Assembly (NCBI RefSeq): GCF_008831285.2
Contig: NC_045138.2
Location: forward strand, 29,946,001-30,010,000
From: Nymphaea colorata
Lineage: Eukaryota
Length of the DNA: 64,000 bases
Reading direction: 5' to 3'
Shown piece by piece: positions 24,901 through 36,720 of this stretch (positions are counted from its first letter, which is position 1; each line of letters begins with the position of its first letter). The notes below the pieces were generated by a model that was not told the DNA's origin, ran no database searches, and saw nothing but the letters and a program-made list of their open reading frames with translations. The position numbers and the translations under genes were made by a program.

Positions 24901-27521
24901 TTAGTGCCTTGATGTTGGGCTTCTAAGGCCACCCAGATTCTCAAGCTTCTCAATGTAAGAGATCTTCTTGGTTGTCACAATGTTGGCAGGTTTCACAAAT
25001 AACTTCGCATCTTTATGCATCATGTCCTGTGGATTACCTGTTTGATCCTGCTTATCCGAGTCTGTTTCTTGATCAACTTGCCAGCCCATGAAATCAGATA
25101 GAGTCATGCCATTTCCGCCACCTTCCACGGAGTTGATTTTCTTGACCTTTTCTACAGTATTTGGGGGCTTACCAGGGCTATTATTCTGATGGGCAAGTGA
25201 AGGGTTTCTTGTGAGAGAATCGACAAACAGAACATCATCTATTCGTGATAGGACCGTGAATGCTAGGCTTTCCAATACTCTGGAGTAGCTCTCTATTATA
25301 GAATGGCCAACATCCTGCAAAGCAAAGAACAAGAGCACTGAATGTTAACAAAAATTTAATTATCAAGGCCATGAGAAACAAAATTTAGCACGGTTGCTTT
25401 GAACTTACTTTGTTGTATTGGATCTTGCTGATATCAAGCGCAGATTGAGGAATTCCTGGAAATCTCTGCTTAAGGAGAAGCAAAATGGTTTCTGCTCTTT
25501 CTTCGAACTGCTCTCTTTTTTCCAAGCTTACAGCAGAACCCCATGATGATTTTCCATCCTTGTTGTGCATCTTTCGTTGCCAAATTATCACCGAGGCTTC
25601 AATCCTATTCATCAAGTCCAAAATTTTATGCTCTGTGGAGAGGTCAATGGTGGAAAGAAAGTGTAGAGGATCGAAGCTATCCACTGTGATACTTCGATAT
25701 ATTGAATCGCCTAAGCTTGCTCGTCCATTCTTACCATCAAAAAGGGAAACAAAGCTCGGTTAATCAAATTGTTGTCATCTTATGTTATCTGTAAAGAAAT
25801 TATCTTTCACGCAAAAGCATCTTCATCTTCCTAAAATGGGTTATTCAGGATTATTTGATAAACTCCATAACCTTGTTGGTACTACAAATGTGATATTGTA
25901 AATTTCAAGAATAAGGTACTCCTGCCATCTTAAGCAAATCTGCAATTAAAGATGGCAAATTTTTCCCAGAAAGTCAATACCTTTGGGAGGGATTCGATGT
26001 ACGCTTCAGGAATCTCCATTTCGGTGAGCACCTGCGCGTTGATGGCCATTGCTGCCTTGAGGACTTGGTTGACGGAGTCCTTCTGAAACTGAAGCCATTT
26101 TCTTGATATATCGGACAATCCCTCGGGGGGAACTCTTGGTTTAGGAAGCCACCATTTGTCTCCCTGTCTCTGCTGGGCACTCCCTTTATCTGCTTCTTCT
26201 TGGTCTCTAGAAACATACCAGAACTCATTCCGATCTTTGAAATTATCAAGGTACTCCTGCTCAAAGCCAATATATGTTGGTATTTCAATCCATGTCGACT
26301 TTTATTCATAAAATGGACTAACCATGAAAAAGATGAAGAGAAAAATTGAGTTTTTCATACTATTAGCATGGCATCAAGTTTTCGAAGGGCTGGGATATTA
26401 ACAAGCAAGTCCTTCCGCTGACGGGTCACCATTACCTGCACACAAGACGCACGAGACGTTTAGAACCATTACAAATGAATCGACTGCAACCAAGTTCAAT
26501 GGATGCAGTGATCTGTGGCCATTTTAATCAGATTTAATCGAACAGTCTCTCAGCAGAGAAAAACATGATTGATAGTTGGTACTGCTGATGACGGAGACGG
26601 GAAAGAAAATGAAGTTTCGAAATTTTTGTATCATTTTAATGCAGTAGCAATGTTCTGAGGGAACAGACTTCTGGGAGGAGTTTGAGAATTTGCAGAATTT
26701 TGCTGCTGATATATTCTGAAGGAACATTATGTTCAGGAAGAACAGGTACCCACCTCCATGCTAGTCCCATCTTTAGCTATCTGCTGCGAAGGAACAAATT
26801 CCACAATGTAATCCGTCACAGACAATAGCCAATCAACTTCCTTCTTCCATCTTGCTTTTCTTTCCGCAGACATGGGCTCCAACCGGTATTGTTCTCCAAA
26901 TACTGAAGCTGCTTGAAACAGCAAAAATCGAACTACGGATTCACGAACGCTAATAACGACGATGACAACATGAGATGGTGTCCTACGAGGAACTAACCTG
27001 CCAAGTTGGTGATTGCATTGGACAGGGCTAATGCAGATGAAACTCCCTTTCCACCTCCAGACATGTCTTCACCTAACAGCAACTTTGCAAATCGTTCCTT
27101 CATCAAGTCAATGTCTGCAAAAGATTCGTAACACAGTAAAAGAAGCATTATTGAGAAAAGAATCAGCAATTTCTGCATTGGGAAAGTGTATAGTACATGT
27201 GCCAATAGTCTTGCTATTGTAATCAGGTGTACCAACAAAATAAAACCAACTTCTGGTGTTCCTTCTCTTTTCTCTCGTGAGATTAATGTACTTGCCTGAT
27301 GGCGGCCGGTCCTTGCTGAGACCATCCTTGCCAAGTCTTGATTTTGGCGCCTCGTTGGTAGTTTTCCGCAGAGAAGATCCTAACTGACCATCCGATCCTC
27401 TGTCCGAAGGCGACTTTGATCCTGCACTCCTGAACAGCAGCTTATCATCCACCGCATTACTGCTAGGTTCGAACACCAAACTGTGTGCTTGCCTGCCTTC
27501 AACCATCCCCTTCTCAAACAT
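24901..27521 (-). CDS. RopGEF: Rop guanine nucleotide exchange factor (PRONE domain), RopGEF12-like subclass
   Basis: Exons 27521-27296, 27114-26998, 26908-26754, 26435-26361, 26256-25981, 25729-25409, 25314-24901, phase-consistent. Motifs [63 protein letters not shown] and C-terminal RSPTSRH. Confidence 0.96.
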
Positions 27522-28507
27522 CTTCTATCGATCAAAAGCAAGACCGAAGACTAGCCTACTAAAAGCAAATCTCCAAGACCAGACCACCATTTCTCTCTGC
27601 TTGAATTGGCATAAGGCGCTGTATCAACTCAACCAACTTCTTCTCTCCTTTTCGTTTTTCCTACTTCATTCCCTTCATCCCCTCAAAACAGCTAATGGTG
27701 TGCATGTACAGAGAGAGACAGAGACAGGGACAGAGAGAGACTGCGTGTTTGTCTGCTGGAAGAGGAAATGGAGTGGAGAAAGTTTTCTTCCTTTTTCTCT
27801 CCTTCTGATCTGTTGTGGGGTGTAAGGCTGGAAAGGCTGGCAGGGGGATGTGAGAGCCACTAATGCCATTTGGTCGGCTGGCTGTGCAGAGAGAGGGAGA
27901 GAGAGAGATCTTAGGGGTTGACTTGCCTTTTTTGAGCCACCTCAATTACTGAGAAACCTCTTGAGACCGTTGGCTTTCCTCGTTTTGATGAGAGAATCCC
28001 CCACCATTGATTCTTTGGGCGTTGGTTTTTTTGGGAGGTTACAGAGCAGCACTCTCTCTATGTGATCCTCTCGGCTCTTCCTCCTTCATTTTCTGGTTGG
28101 CAACAAACGTGGCAGCCACAAATCTTCCCAGATAGGCATAAATCAGCCTCCCCAAGAATCAATTGTAATTAATACAATTTTTTCAAAAGAAGGATAGAAT
28201 CATGCCTGCTTATGGTGAGCCGGCCTCCAACTAAGGAAATGTTGGCGGTCCATGTCTTCATCTGTTGCTCTTAGGACCGGCCCTTCTTTCAAAGTTAGGT
28301 GTTCTATGAACGTGCTGGTAACTCACTCGAAACAGCAGATTTTGTCAATAGTGAGACGGCAGACATGCTGGTCAAGTTTCTGAGGGTCCCAGGACGAGAA
28401 TTGGTCAAGAAGGAACATGATGGCAGTGGCCTGTTTCATCTAACAGAAGGACAACGTGTGTGTATATACATATATTAAACAGAAAATCATCCATTGTCTC
28501 ACGCCAC

Positions 28508-28560
28508 CGATACATTGCTTTGGAAGGAACTAACGATACATTGCTTTGGAAGGAACTAAC
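28508..28560 (+). repeat. 26-bp tandem duplication upstream of RopGEF
   Basis: CGATACATTGCTTTGGAAGGAACTAA x2. Confidence 0.9.
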
Positions 28561-30467
28561 TATCTGAGCTTTTCCTGTAGTTCAACACCCAAATCAATGT
28601 TTATTAGACGTTCGTCAGTCTGTATTGCCAAATATGCAACATATTGGCCCCTCCTCGGCAGATCAAGAGCAGCTTTTAGTATTTTATTTTCTTAAATTAA
28701 CAATTTTAAATGCTAATTCAAGCTTGTGGGACTGCTTCTTTGTAATCTTTCCACAAAATGATTCATCTCTAACCAATGTTAATAATAGCACTTTTCAAAA
28801 GAATTACCAATAGACAAGATCAAAGAACAGTAATTCAGATTCAAAATTTAATGAACCATAACTTTCTTTAGACAATCGGATCTTTTTTACAAGCTATGCT
28901 TGAACATAGGCGTTGCTCTCTTTCTTTTTCTCTTTCTTCAAGTTTAAACGAAATGAAGTGCACCTGAAACCTTTCAAATTCTTTTAGTTTCCGCAGAGCC
29001 GTTTTTCTTGTCAGGCATCACTTGTAACTTCGGAATGGCTCGGCTCCATTTTCTCCTCACACACTTCGGCTGCCAAGGAATCTGCAGAGTGGAAGAAAGA
29101 TGACATAAAAAGCATCTACTTTCCAGTTCAAACAGTTCAGCAACCTTTATATGGTGTGCTTCGCTTTGCCAGAGAGTTTGCTTTTTCTCGTGAAGTGAAG
29201 CGATAGCTCCAAAAAGTTACTGTGTCCTATCAGACGAAAAAGCTTCCAAAATAAAGGCAGCAACTTGCAGTTTGTACCAAGATCTCTTTTGGAGGAATCT
29301 TAGTCCTCAAGTATTCATTAGTTAGCAGTTTTTATGAATTTTCAAGTGTCTGTTTTTATATGAGAACGAGATAACAAGTGATTAAAAAGGCTCCCCATCT
29401 CCCACTCTAAAGTTTTGAGCTACACTACACTTGTCAACTAAATATCATCAACTCCAATGTTTACTATTTAGGAGAATAACATTCATGAGAATTGAGTCAA
29501 TAATAGGAATTTTATGCCATCACTTGACCAGTTATGCTACATCCTTTAAGTTTTTCAAGTATCTTTTTTATTGTTGTTATTCATTAATTGAAAAGAAAAC
29601 ATAAAAAACATCTATTTGTTGTTTTTTTATTGTTATTATTGTTTTTCAAGTATCTTTATAGTTGTGTTTGTTTCACTGTGGATTAAAGATCCATGGTACC
29701 TAAGATCTTAGATCCATGGATTTAAGGTGGGACCAACCTCTCTCCCCCCTTCTAAATTTATGGTTTTTAACATATAGCATGAATATAAAATTCATGTTAC
29801 TGAAATTGATCTAAAAAATTACAGGTTTTTGTGCAGCCTCAAATCTTCCATCCAAAGTGGGGAGGAAAAAAAGGGGCTGGAAAAGGTAGTCTGGAAGGTT
29901 GAAATTACTGTTTATGTGTGTTTTTCAACGCTCTTTCATTTTTATGATTCATCCATTTTAGGTTGGAAGAAAATTATTGTCAAAACCCTAAAAAAAAAAT
30001 CAGTTTTTGAAAATAATCCGTCTTCCACGCCTTTTTCTAACCCATTTCACACCTTTTGGCAACTTTAGCGAAACAGTTTTAGAAGTCCATAACGGTGAAT
30101 TGGATACTTCTTTGAGAGAAAGTGCCATCAATGAGTAAATTAATTTCTTTTCCTTTGAAAAGCCTGTCTTGCAAAGGTAATTAAATTTACTCAGAAACGC
30201 TCCAATTGAAAAGCATATTAATTTGTGAGATTTTCTTTTCTTGTAAAATTACTTGTATGGAAATTATCTTTTTATGTTCAAATGTTTCAGATCTGTCTAA
30301 AATCATGTTCTGCACTTGATTTGTTTGTCAAGAAAGATACTAGACTCTTCGTTATACATCAAGTTCTTAAGAACGGAAACTGCAAGCGTTTAGTGTTGGA
30401 CGCGTGTGGAGCCTGAGCATAGGCTTCCTCCTTCTTTGTAGCCTAAGAGTGGTCATAACCATCCTAA

Positions 30468-30696
30468 GGGGCATAGTATAGCTGGTCGCGCTGGTAAAAG
30501 CATGATCATTAATTCAATTCTTGTGGATTCTATTCATCTGAATTGCAAAAAGTGGTAGGCGCTACTCTTGAAATGAATGCTATAATTGTAAGTTTACATA
30601 GGTCCCAATGCAACTTTGGACGCCGAGGCAGGAGGAAAGAGGTCAAGCTTTGACCTCTCATCAATGCAATAAGGTTCCTCCTGCTCACCCAAAAAA
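30468..30696 (+). mobile_element. Possible tRNA-derived SINE relic
   Basis: A-box-like TAGTATAGCTGG (30474), degenerate B-box ATTCAATTC (30512) and an A6 tail. A similar head GGGGCATATGATAAGCTGG with an A tail is at ~32350-32437. No TSD. Confidence 0.35.
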
Positions 30697-32813
30697 GATG
30701 GCTAATATCCCTTGTATTTATATAAGGTTCTTATTGAAAAGCCATGAATTTTAGAAGACTTAGGTGGTTCTGACACTAAATACATGTCTATAACCCATAA
30801 GGAAGGAGTCAAAAAAATTTGGCCAAGAGGCATTGGGTATAAAATCTTGGAAATATGAAGATCTAAGATAGGTGGCCAACCTCCTTGAAAGAGCGACCTG
30901 GGCTTCACTTTGAGGTTCATTTAGCTGTCCTACATGAGACTGAGGATATTCACCATTCCATGGCACCTTTGGCTCACTTTGGTTTTTAAGAGCTACCAAT
31001 ATGTAAATGAGAATAATTGTTCAGAAATATCAATATAAAAATAATAAGTTTTTTTTGGTCCATGTGGGTACTTACAGGTAGCCCACACTTACCTCTAACC
31101 CTGACAACACACCAACATAAAAAAAAAAAGAAGCAATTTTTGTGAGTCTCTATAAGCAATGAACCACACTTTTTTTTACTGAAGGCATTAATAGACTGAA
31201 AGTTGTGGCTTAAAAATGATTGTCCATTTATGTGTCTCATTGAAGGTACTCTGGTTTATAAATCATTTGGTCATGAAAATTCAGCTTGATCATACTTGTC
31301 TTGAGGAGGAAATTGTGTTCATATTATGAATTAAAGAATGTACTCATGAGGGTGTCTCATAAGAAGAGCATTGTGTTCTTAGGAACACATGCATGCTATA
31401 CAAAATACTATCTTGTTATTTTAGCAAACATGGTGTCATAATGCGATTCATAAATTCAAACTTAAATGTAACATGTACTCTGAGGTAAGGATATGGTGTT
31501 TTATTTTTTCAAGGAAATATGTTCTAAAGGAATTGGAATCCAAAGCTAAAGGTAGACAAAGGTAAGATCTAATATTTTGATCCGATTCTCCTAATTATGT
31601 TATGGCATGCGTTCGAAGACGTTGTCTTTTAATTAAGCTTGATAATCTCCACCAATTGAAAAGTTGAAAAGGGAATAATGGAATTGGAGAACGCTAAATA
31701 AGATGAAGATAAATGATAAGGGGCCACAGAGGAGGTCTTATGTTAGAGCCGGAAAATGAGGAAAATGTCATTTGAATGTGAGCCCTCAATTCCTCCTTTT
31801 TGGCTGTGCTGGCATCAATGATGGCGACATCTTACCTTTCAATTTAAGTACTGCATTTCACCACTTAAGATATAGAAAAATAACACTTATGTAGTCGAAT
31901 TAATTACTCACTACATGCCCTTTTACGGACCAGCTATGGTATGTGGAGCTAAGAATATTGGATGGTGAAGCTAAGAATTTTTCATGAGGATTAGACTAAT
32001 AAAAGAATAGAGTGATCCCAGTCAATGCATGAGAAGGTCATTTAGATTTGATAATATCATGTGAATGGTTGATGAATCTGCTTAAATATTTAAGCAAAAT
32101 AAAACACTTAAATTATTGGGATTGATTCATGAAATACTCACAAAGTGTTATTAATATCAAATGACTCTAAAAATACACCATGTCCTTGATGATGAATGAG
32201 TTAGCTGTCGCCATGGTATCCAAATAAACCAATAAACAACACTAACGTTAAATGCCATAATTATTTTTATGACTCCAACCTCCACCTTTTATTTCTATTT
32301 CATATTTTTTATGGGTTTTTTTATTAATAAATTGTTTCAATGACTTTAAGGGGCATATGATAAGCTGGTAGCGATTAGATGCGCCTGAAAGGTTTTAGAT
32401 TTGATAGATATTGCTCTTATGGACTGTCAAAAAAAAGTAGAGGTAAGATGACTCACTGCCAACCCGACGCTAATACATATTATAAGTGTTTCATTTTGTC
32501 GTGTGGCAGATTCTAGTGTCATTTAGCCCAAACGTTACCGTAGATTCATCAAGCGCACAAACTTTCTGCCCTAAATTTTCTTTTCTTCCCACCCCCATTG
32601 TCGACTTAGGCCCCAGTATTTTCAGGACAATAATTCATTGTCGAGTATTCAAATCATGTGTATCAGAAAAGCGAGAAAAAGAGAAAATTGAAATCCTGAT
32701 TTTCTCGATTTGCCAGAGGAGTTGGTGGGTGCCAGAATCGTCAGTGGTTGCGTCACTCCCAACAAACGGGACAAACCTAGACCAGAAAAGCGACTGCCTT
32801 CCTGCGCTGTATC

Positions 32814-32820
32814 TATAAAA
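32814..32820 (+). promoter_or_regulatory. Candidate TATA box of the HPR/HPPR gene
   Basis: TATAAAA ~190 bp before the ATG, followed by a pyrimidine-rich leader. Confidence 0.55.
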
Positions 32821-33001
32821 AGTTAAAAAAACCATGCAAGTTTGTCCGTTCCCCTCTTCTCCATCTCCATCTCTCCCATTCACTCGTAGTTCATCCATTC
32901 CCTCGTGCCCTCATAGTAGGAAGGAGCTGGAGACAGAGTGAGGGCGTTGCTCCGCCTTTTGACATCTTCCTCCTCCTGCCCCACTCCGTTTCCATCCAGA
33001 A

Positions 33002-36000
33002 ATGGAGAGCTTGGGGGTTCTGATGATGCACCCAATGATACCTTATCTGCAGGAGGAGCTGGACAAGCGATTCAGACTCTTCAGGTACTACGATGCCGCC
33101 AACAAGAAAGAGTTCCTCTCTCTGCATTCTCCTTCCATCAAGGCCGTCGTCGGCAACAGCATAGTTGGTGCCAGCGCCGAGCTCATCGACGCGCTCCCCA
33201 ACCTGGAGATCGTCTCCACCAACAGCGTAGGTCTGGACAAGGTGGACCTCCGCAAGTGCAGGGAGAGAGGGATCAAGGTTACCAACACCCCCGACGTTCT
33301 CACCGACGACGTCGCCGACCTTGCCATCGGTCTTATGATCTGCACCCTCCGCCATATCTGCGCCTCCGACCGGTACGTCAGGAAAGGCCTTTGGAGAGGT
33401 TTGGGAGAGTATAAGCTCACCACCAAGGTTGGTACTTTTTGTTCATATCCTCTCATCCTTCCCCTTTCTTCGGTTTGATCCCTCCGACATTTTCTCTTTC
33501 GTCTCGGCTTCCAGTTGCTCATTTCTTTTATCCGTCTCTAGTGATTGTACACATTTGTGAGCAGCCTTTTGGTAATGGTGGATAGTTGCTTGGGACCCCT
33601 AGGACCCAATGGAGAAGCGGCCTGCCACTTGGCAGACCCATGATTGAATATGAAACAGATAAGAGAGGGAAAATACAAACCTTTATTGGTACAGCAGAAT
33701 CGTGGAATTTTACGACGTTACCAAATTCTCTTGTGTGGAGAGATTTGAAAATTTTCGTGCTATTGCTTTTACTTCCAAAACCAGAGAAGTGAGTCAGCCG
33801 TCCCCTGACTCTTGGTTGATCCCCTGGAACTCTTTGAATCGGAAGGTTATTGGGGAATACTATAACTGAGAACACAGTATGGTCTTAGTCAGGGGTGTGT
33901 CAGCTATGCAATTTAGAAATTTAAAATTATAATCTAGAATGGTTGGACCAATTCTGTAAAAGTGTGTACCATAATCTGTAACGATTAAGTACAAAGGTGA
34001 GAAGCACCAAGGCAAAGTGTCGTGGGTGCTGTCTACAAAAGTAGGAGTCATAGGTAAAACTTATGATTTCCCTGGGATTGTTAACAAGTATCTAACATAT
34101 CCTTCAAATGATAGATTTAAACATTTTTAAATTAAAAAAAAAGAGAAAAAAGCTAGAAAAAATGAGGAAAACACATGGTACATGAAAAGGTTATTGTTCA
34201 CTGAAACATGGAACAGCAATTTCACATTCAAATGAGTATGAGTTTCAACTTCCATAATAGCATGCACATGTTCATGTATAATAGAAAAAGTATGTTCTGA
34301 AGAGGGCATGTACATGTTCGGTAGAAATAATAAAAATTTAAGAACGTAAATTATTCCTTATGCTTGAACAGTACCTAATAAATAATCTATAGTTTCTATA
34401 ACAAACTCATTGAACAAGTCATTGACCATGAAACCTCAAATTTTAATTTTGGAGAGCAGAAATGACCTCCTGGACAAAGAAACCTATTTGACAATGCCTC
34501 TCATGATCCAAGTTACCAACTGCGGGTGCGGGGACAAGAACCAGGGCCCTTAAAAGTTTTAGGAAGCAAGAATTGAGCAATGAACTATAAGCAAACCAGA
34601 AGCAAATCATGAAGCGAACCAGAGGCTAAGAAAATAGCAGATTAAAAAGCGAGTAGAAGGCAAATATGAAGCCAAAAAAAAAAAGAAGGTAAGAGCTCTT
34701 ACCTCCAAACTCCAAAGGCTCAAGTCTTAGGCTCTTAGAGTTACACAATCGAAACTAAAATAGGTAACAATGAACATCCGAATCAACAAATCAATAATTT
34801 GCAATCTTTCTCTTCCTCTTAGTTCGGAATAGGATTTGGAGGTTGAGGAAGACAACGACATGAAGAAGAAAATGCAGGAGAAGAAAGGTAAAAGGAGAGG
34901 AGAAGAAGAAGGAGTGCACTCTCTTCCTTTTTGAAATAGTGTTCTCCATGACGCTTCAGAAGCATCTCCCTTTTCTCTTTACTATGCACACTTCCCAAGC
35001 CCCATATACTCTTCTGGTAACCCTGCTTGTCACACTTCATGTTCAGTTTTAGGGAATTTATGTTACTTTAAGCTAAAAAAAAGGATGCATGTTGTCACTG
35101 TCTATGTTTTGCAGGTGTAACACAACATACACCTCGTCTCCATACACCAGAACAGTTTTAGGGAAATTATGTAACTTCAAACTAAAAAAATTATGCATGC
35201 TATCACTGTTTAATGTTTTGAAGGTGTGGTTGTAACACAACATACACTCGTCACCATAACACGAGATACATGGGCGTATCATAATTACACCTAGTTCAGC
35301 ATAGTTAAATCCCTGGAACTAGTTTAAGGGCAAAGGCATAGCATAGCAGTTTTTGCGATAGATACAATACATATGGTAGTGTGTACGCTACAATACTTGC
35401 AACACTGGGTTGATTGATGCCCTAATATTGAGGAGAATAAGGAATCAGAAAATCGAATATAAAAAATGAAATATGGATGGGTCAAGTAAGTAGAAAAGCC
35501 AACCAAGGTGTAGAGTGTCATTTGTGTTTTCACAGTCTATTATTTGCTTCCAATATTATTTGGTTATGGGATATCTTCAGTCCATTCTTGTACTTAGTGC
35601 ATTAGTTTTATTTGTTACCCCAAGTCAGGAAGCTAGCCTACTGGCCCAAGAAACAGGATGGCTCCAAAACTCTCGATTGTAAGAACCTCTTCAAACAAGC
35701 TTTTTCTCGACCACATAGGTTAATACTACTTAATAGCCAGTGGATTGGTGAGTTAACCTGATGCTTGCTCAAAGCTAGGAAATATTTAGGGATTAGTAGT
35801 TACCCTTTTATCATCAATCACATACTTTTCTTCCTGGTGTAAAACAAACCAATAAATTGTATATTTAGGGAAAAAGGATTTTATCACAAACAACTGCCAT
35901 TCCCTTCTAGATTCCTGTTAAACTTGCAATTGCAGTAATCTAAACATGTTTGTACATAGTTTGCTGAGAATATGAAGTATTTTAAAACATCACATATTTA

Positions 36001-36647
36001 TTTTTGCCTAACCATAAAATCTTGTGATTACCCTGGTTGGTGATCATTGGAGAAATCTTGAATATAAGGAATAAAGCATCCCCAAGATTGTACTGATGAT
36101 AACACTTTCCTATATTCTATCGGTATCAAATGTTCTATGCTCAAAACCTTGGCTGGATACTGGAGGTATTTTTTCCCCTAGACAAGAGGATTAGTGTTTT
36201 ATTACTATATGAGAAGTGAGAACTGCATTTTGTCATTGAGATCCATATGTTGGAGATGCAAGCCTGCCAAGTTATTGCATTCAGATTGTCAACCCTATGG
36301 TCTACATTCCTCTTCATAAGAAAGAGAAGATGGGGAGTGGTCTTTCTTTTCCAATATGTACATTTTGACATGCCTAGGACGAACTCTTATATTCACTGTA
36401 ATTCCTGCTTTCTTTCATAACTTGTCACAAGAGGAAAGGTGTTCTATGTAACACGCAACAATGAAGTGCTTTAACCAAACATAAAAGAGGGCCCTATTTT
36501 TGCAATTTGGAATACTATATGTTCCATAAATTCAGTTCCAAATGGCTGCTAACAGTATTCTTCTTCAAGTTCCTGTACCGAAAAAAAAAGGTACTTGTTG
36601 ATTGGATGTGTATCTAATAATTGAAGAATCAACAGCCACAAGCCATT

Positions 36648-36720
<73 letters not shown>

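Larger units (their letters stand above)
7900..25120 (+). repeat. Array of four diverged tandem segmental duplication units: A ~7900-12500, B ~13000-16300, C ~16300-20000, D ~20550-25100
   Basis: Collinear shared markers: TTTTGAAGT...CACT(ACT)GGAG...AAGAT block (~8980, 14155, 16598, 21290); double hairpin (9250, 14386, 16833, 21583); ~60-bp subrepeats (9715, 15730, 17770, 22195); AAGCTAGYCCA...CCGTGT block (10950, 18362, 23618); RopGEF downstream flank (12115, 19180, 24340). Confidence 0.85.
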
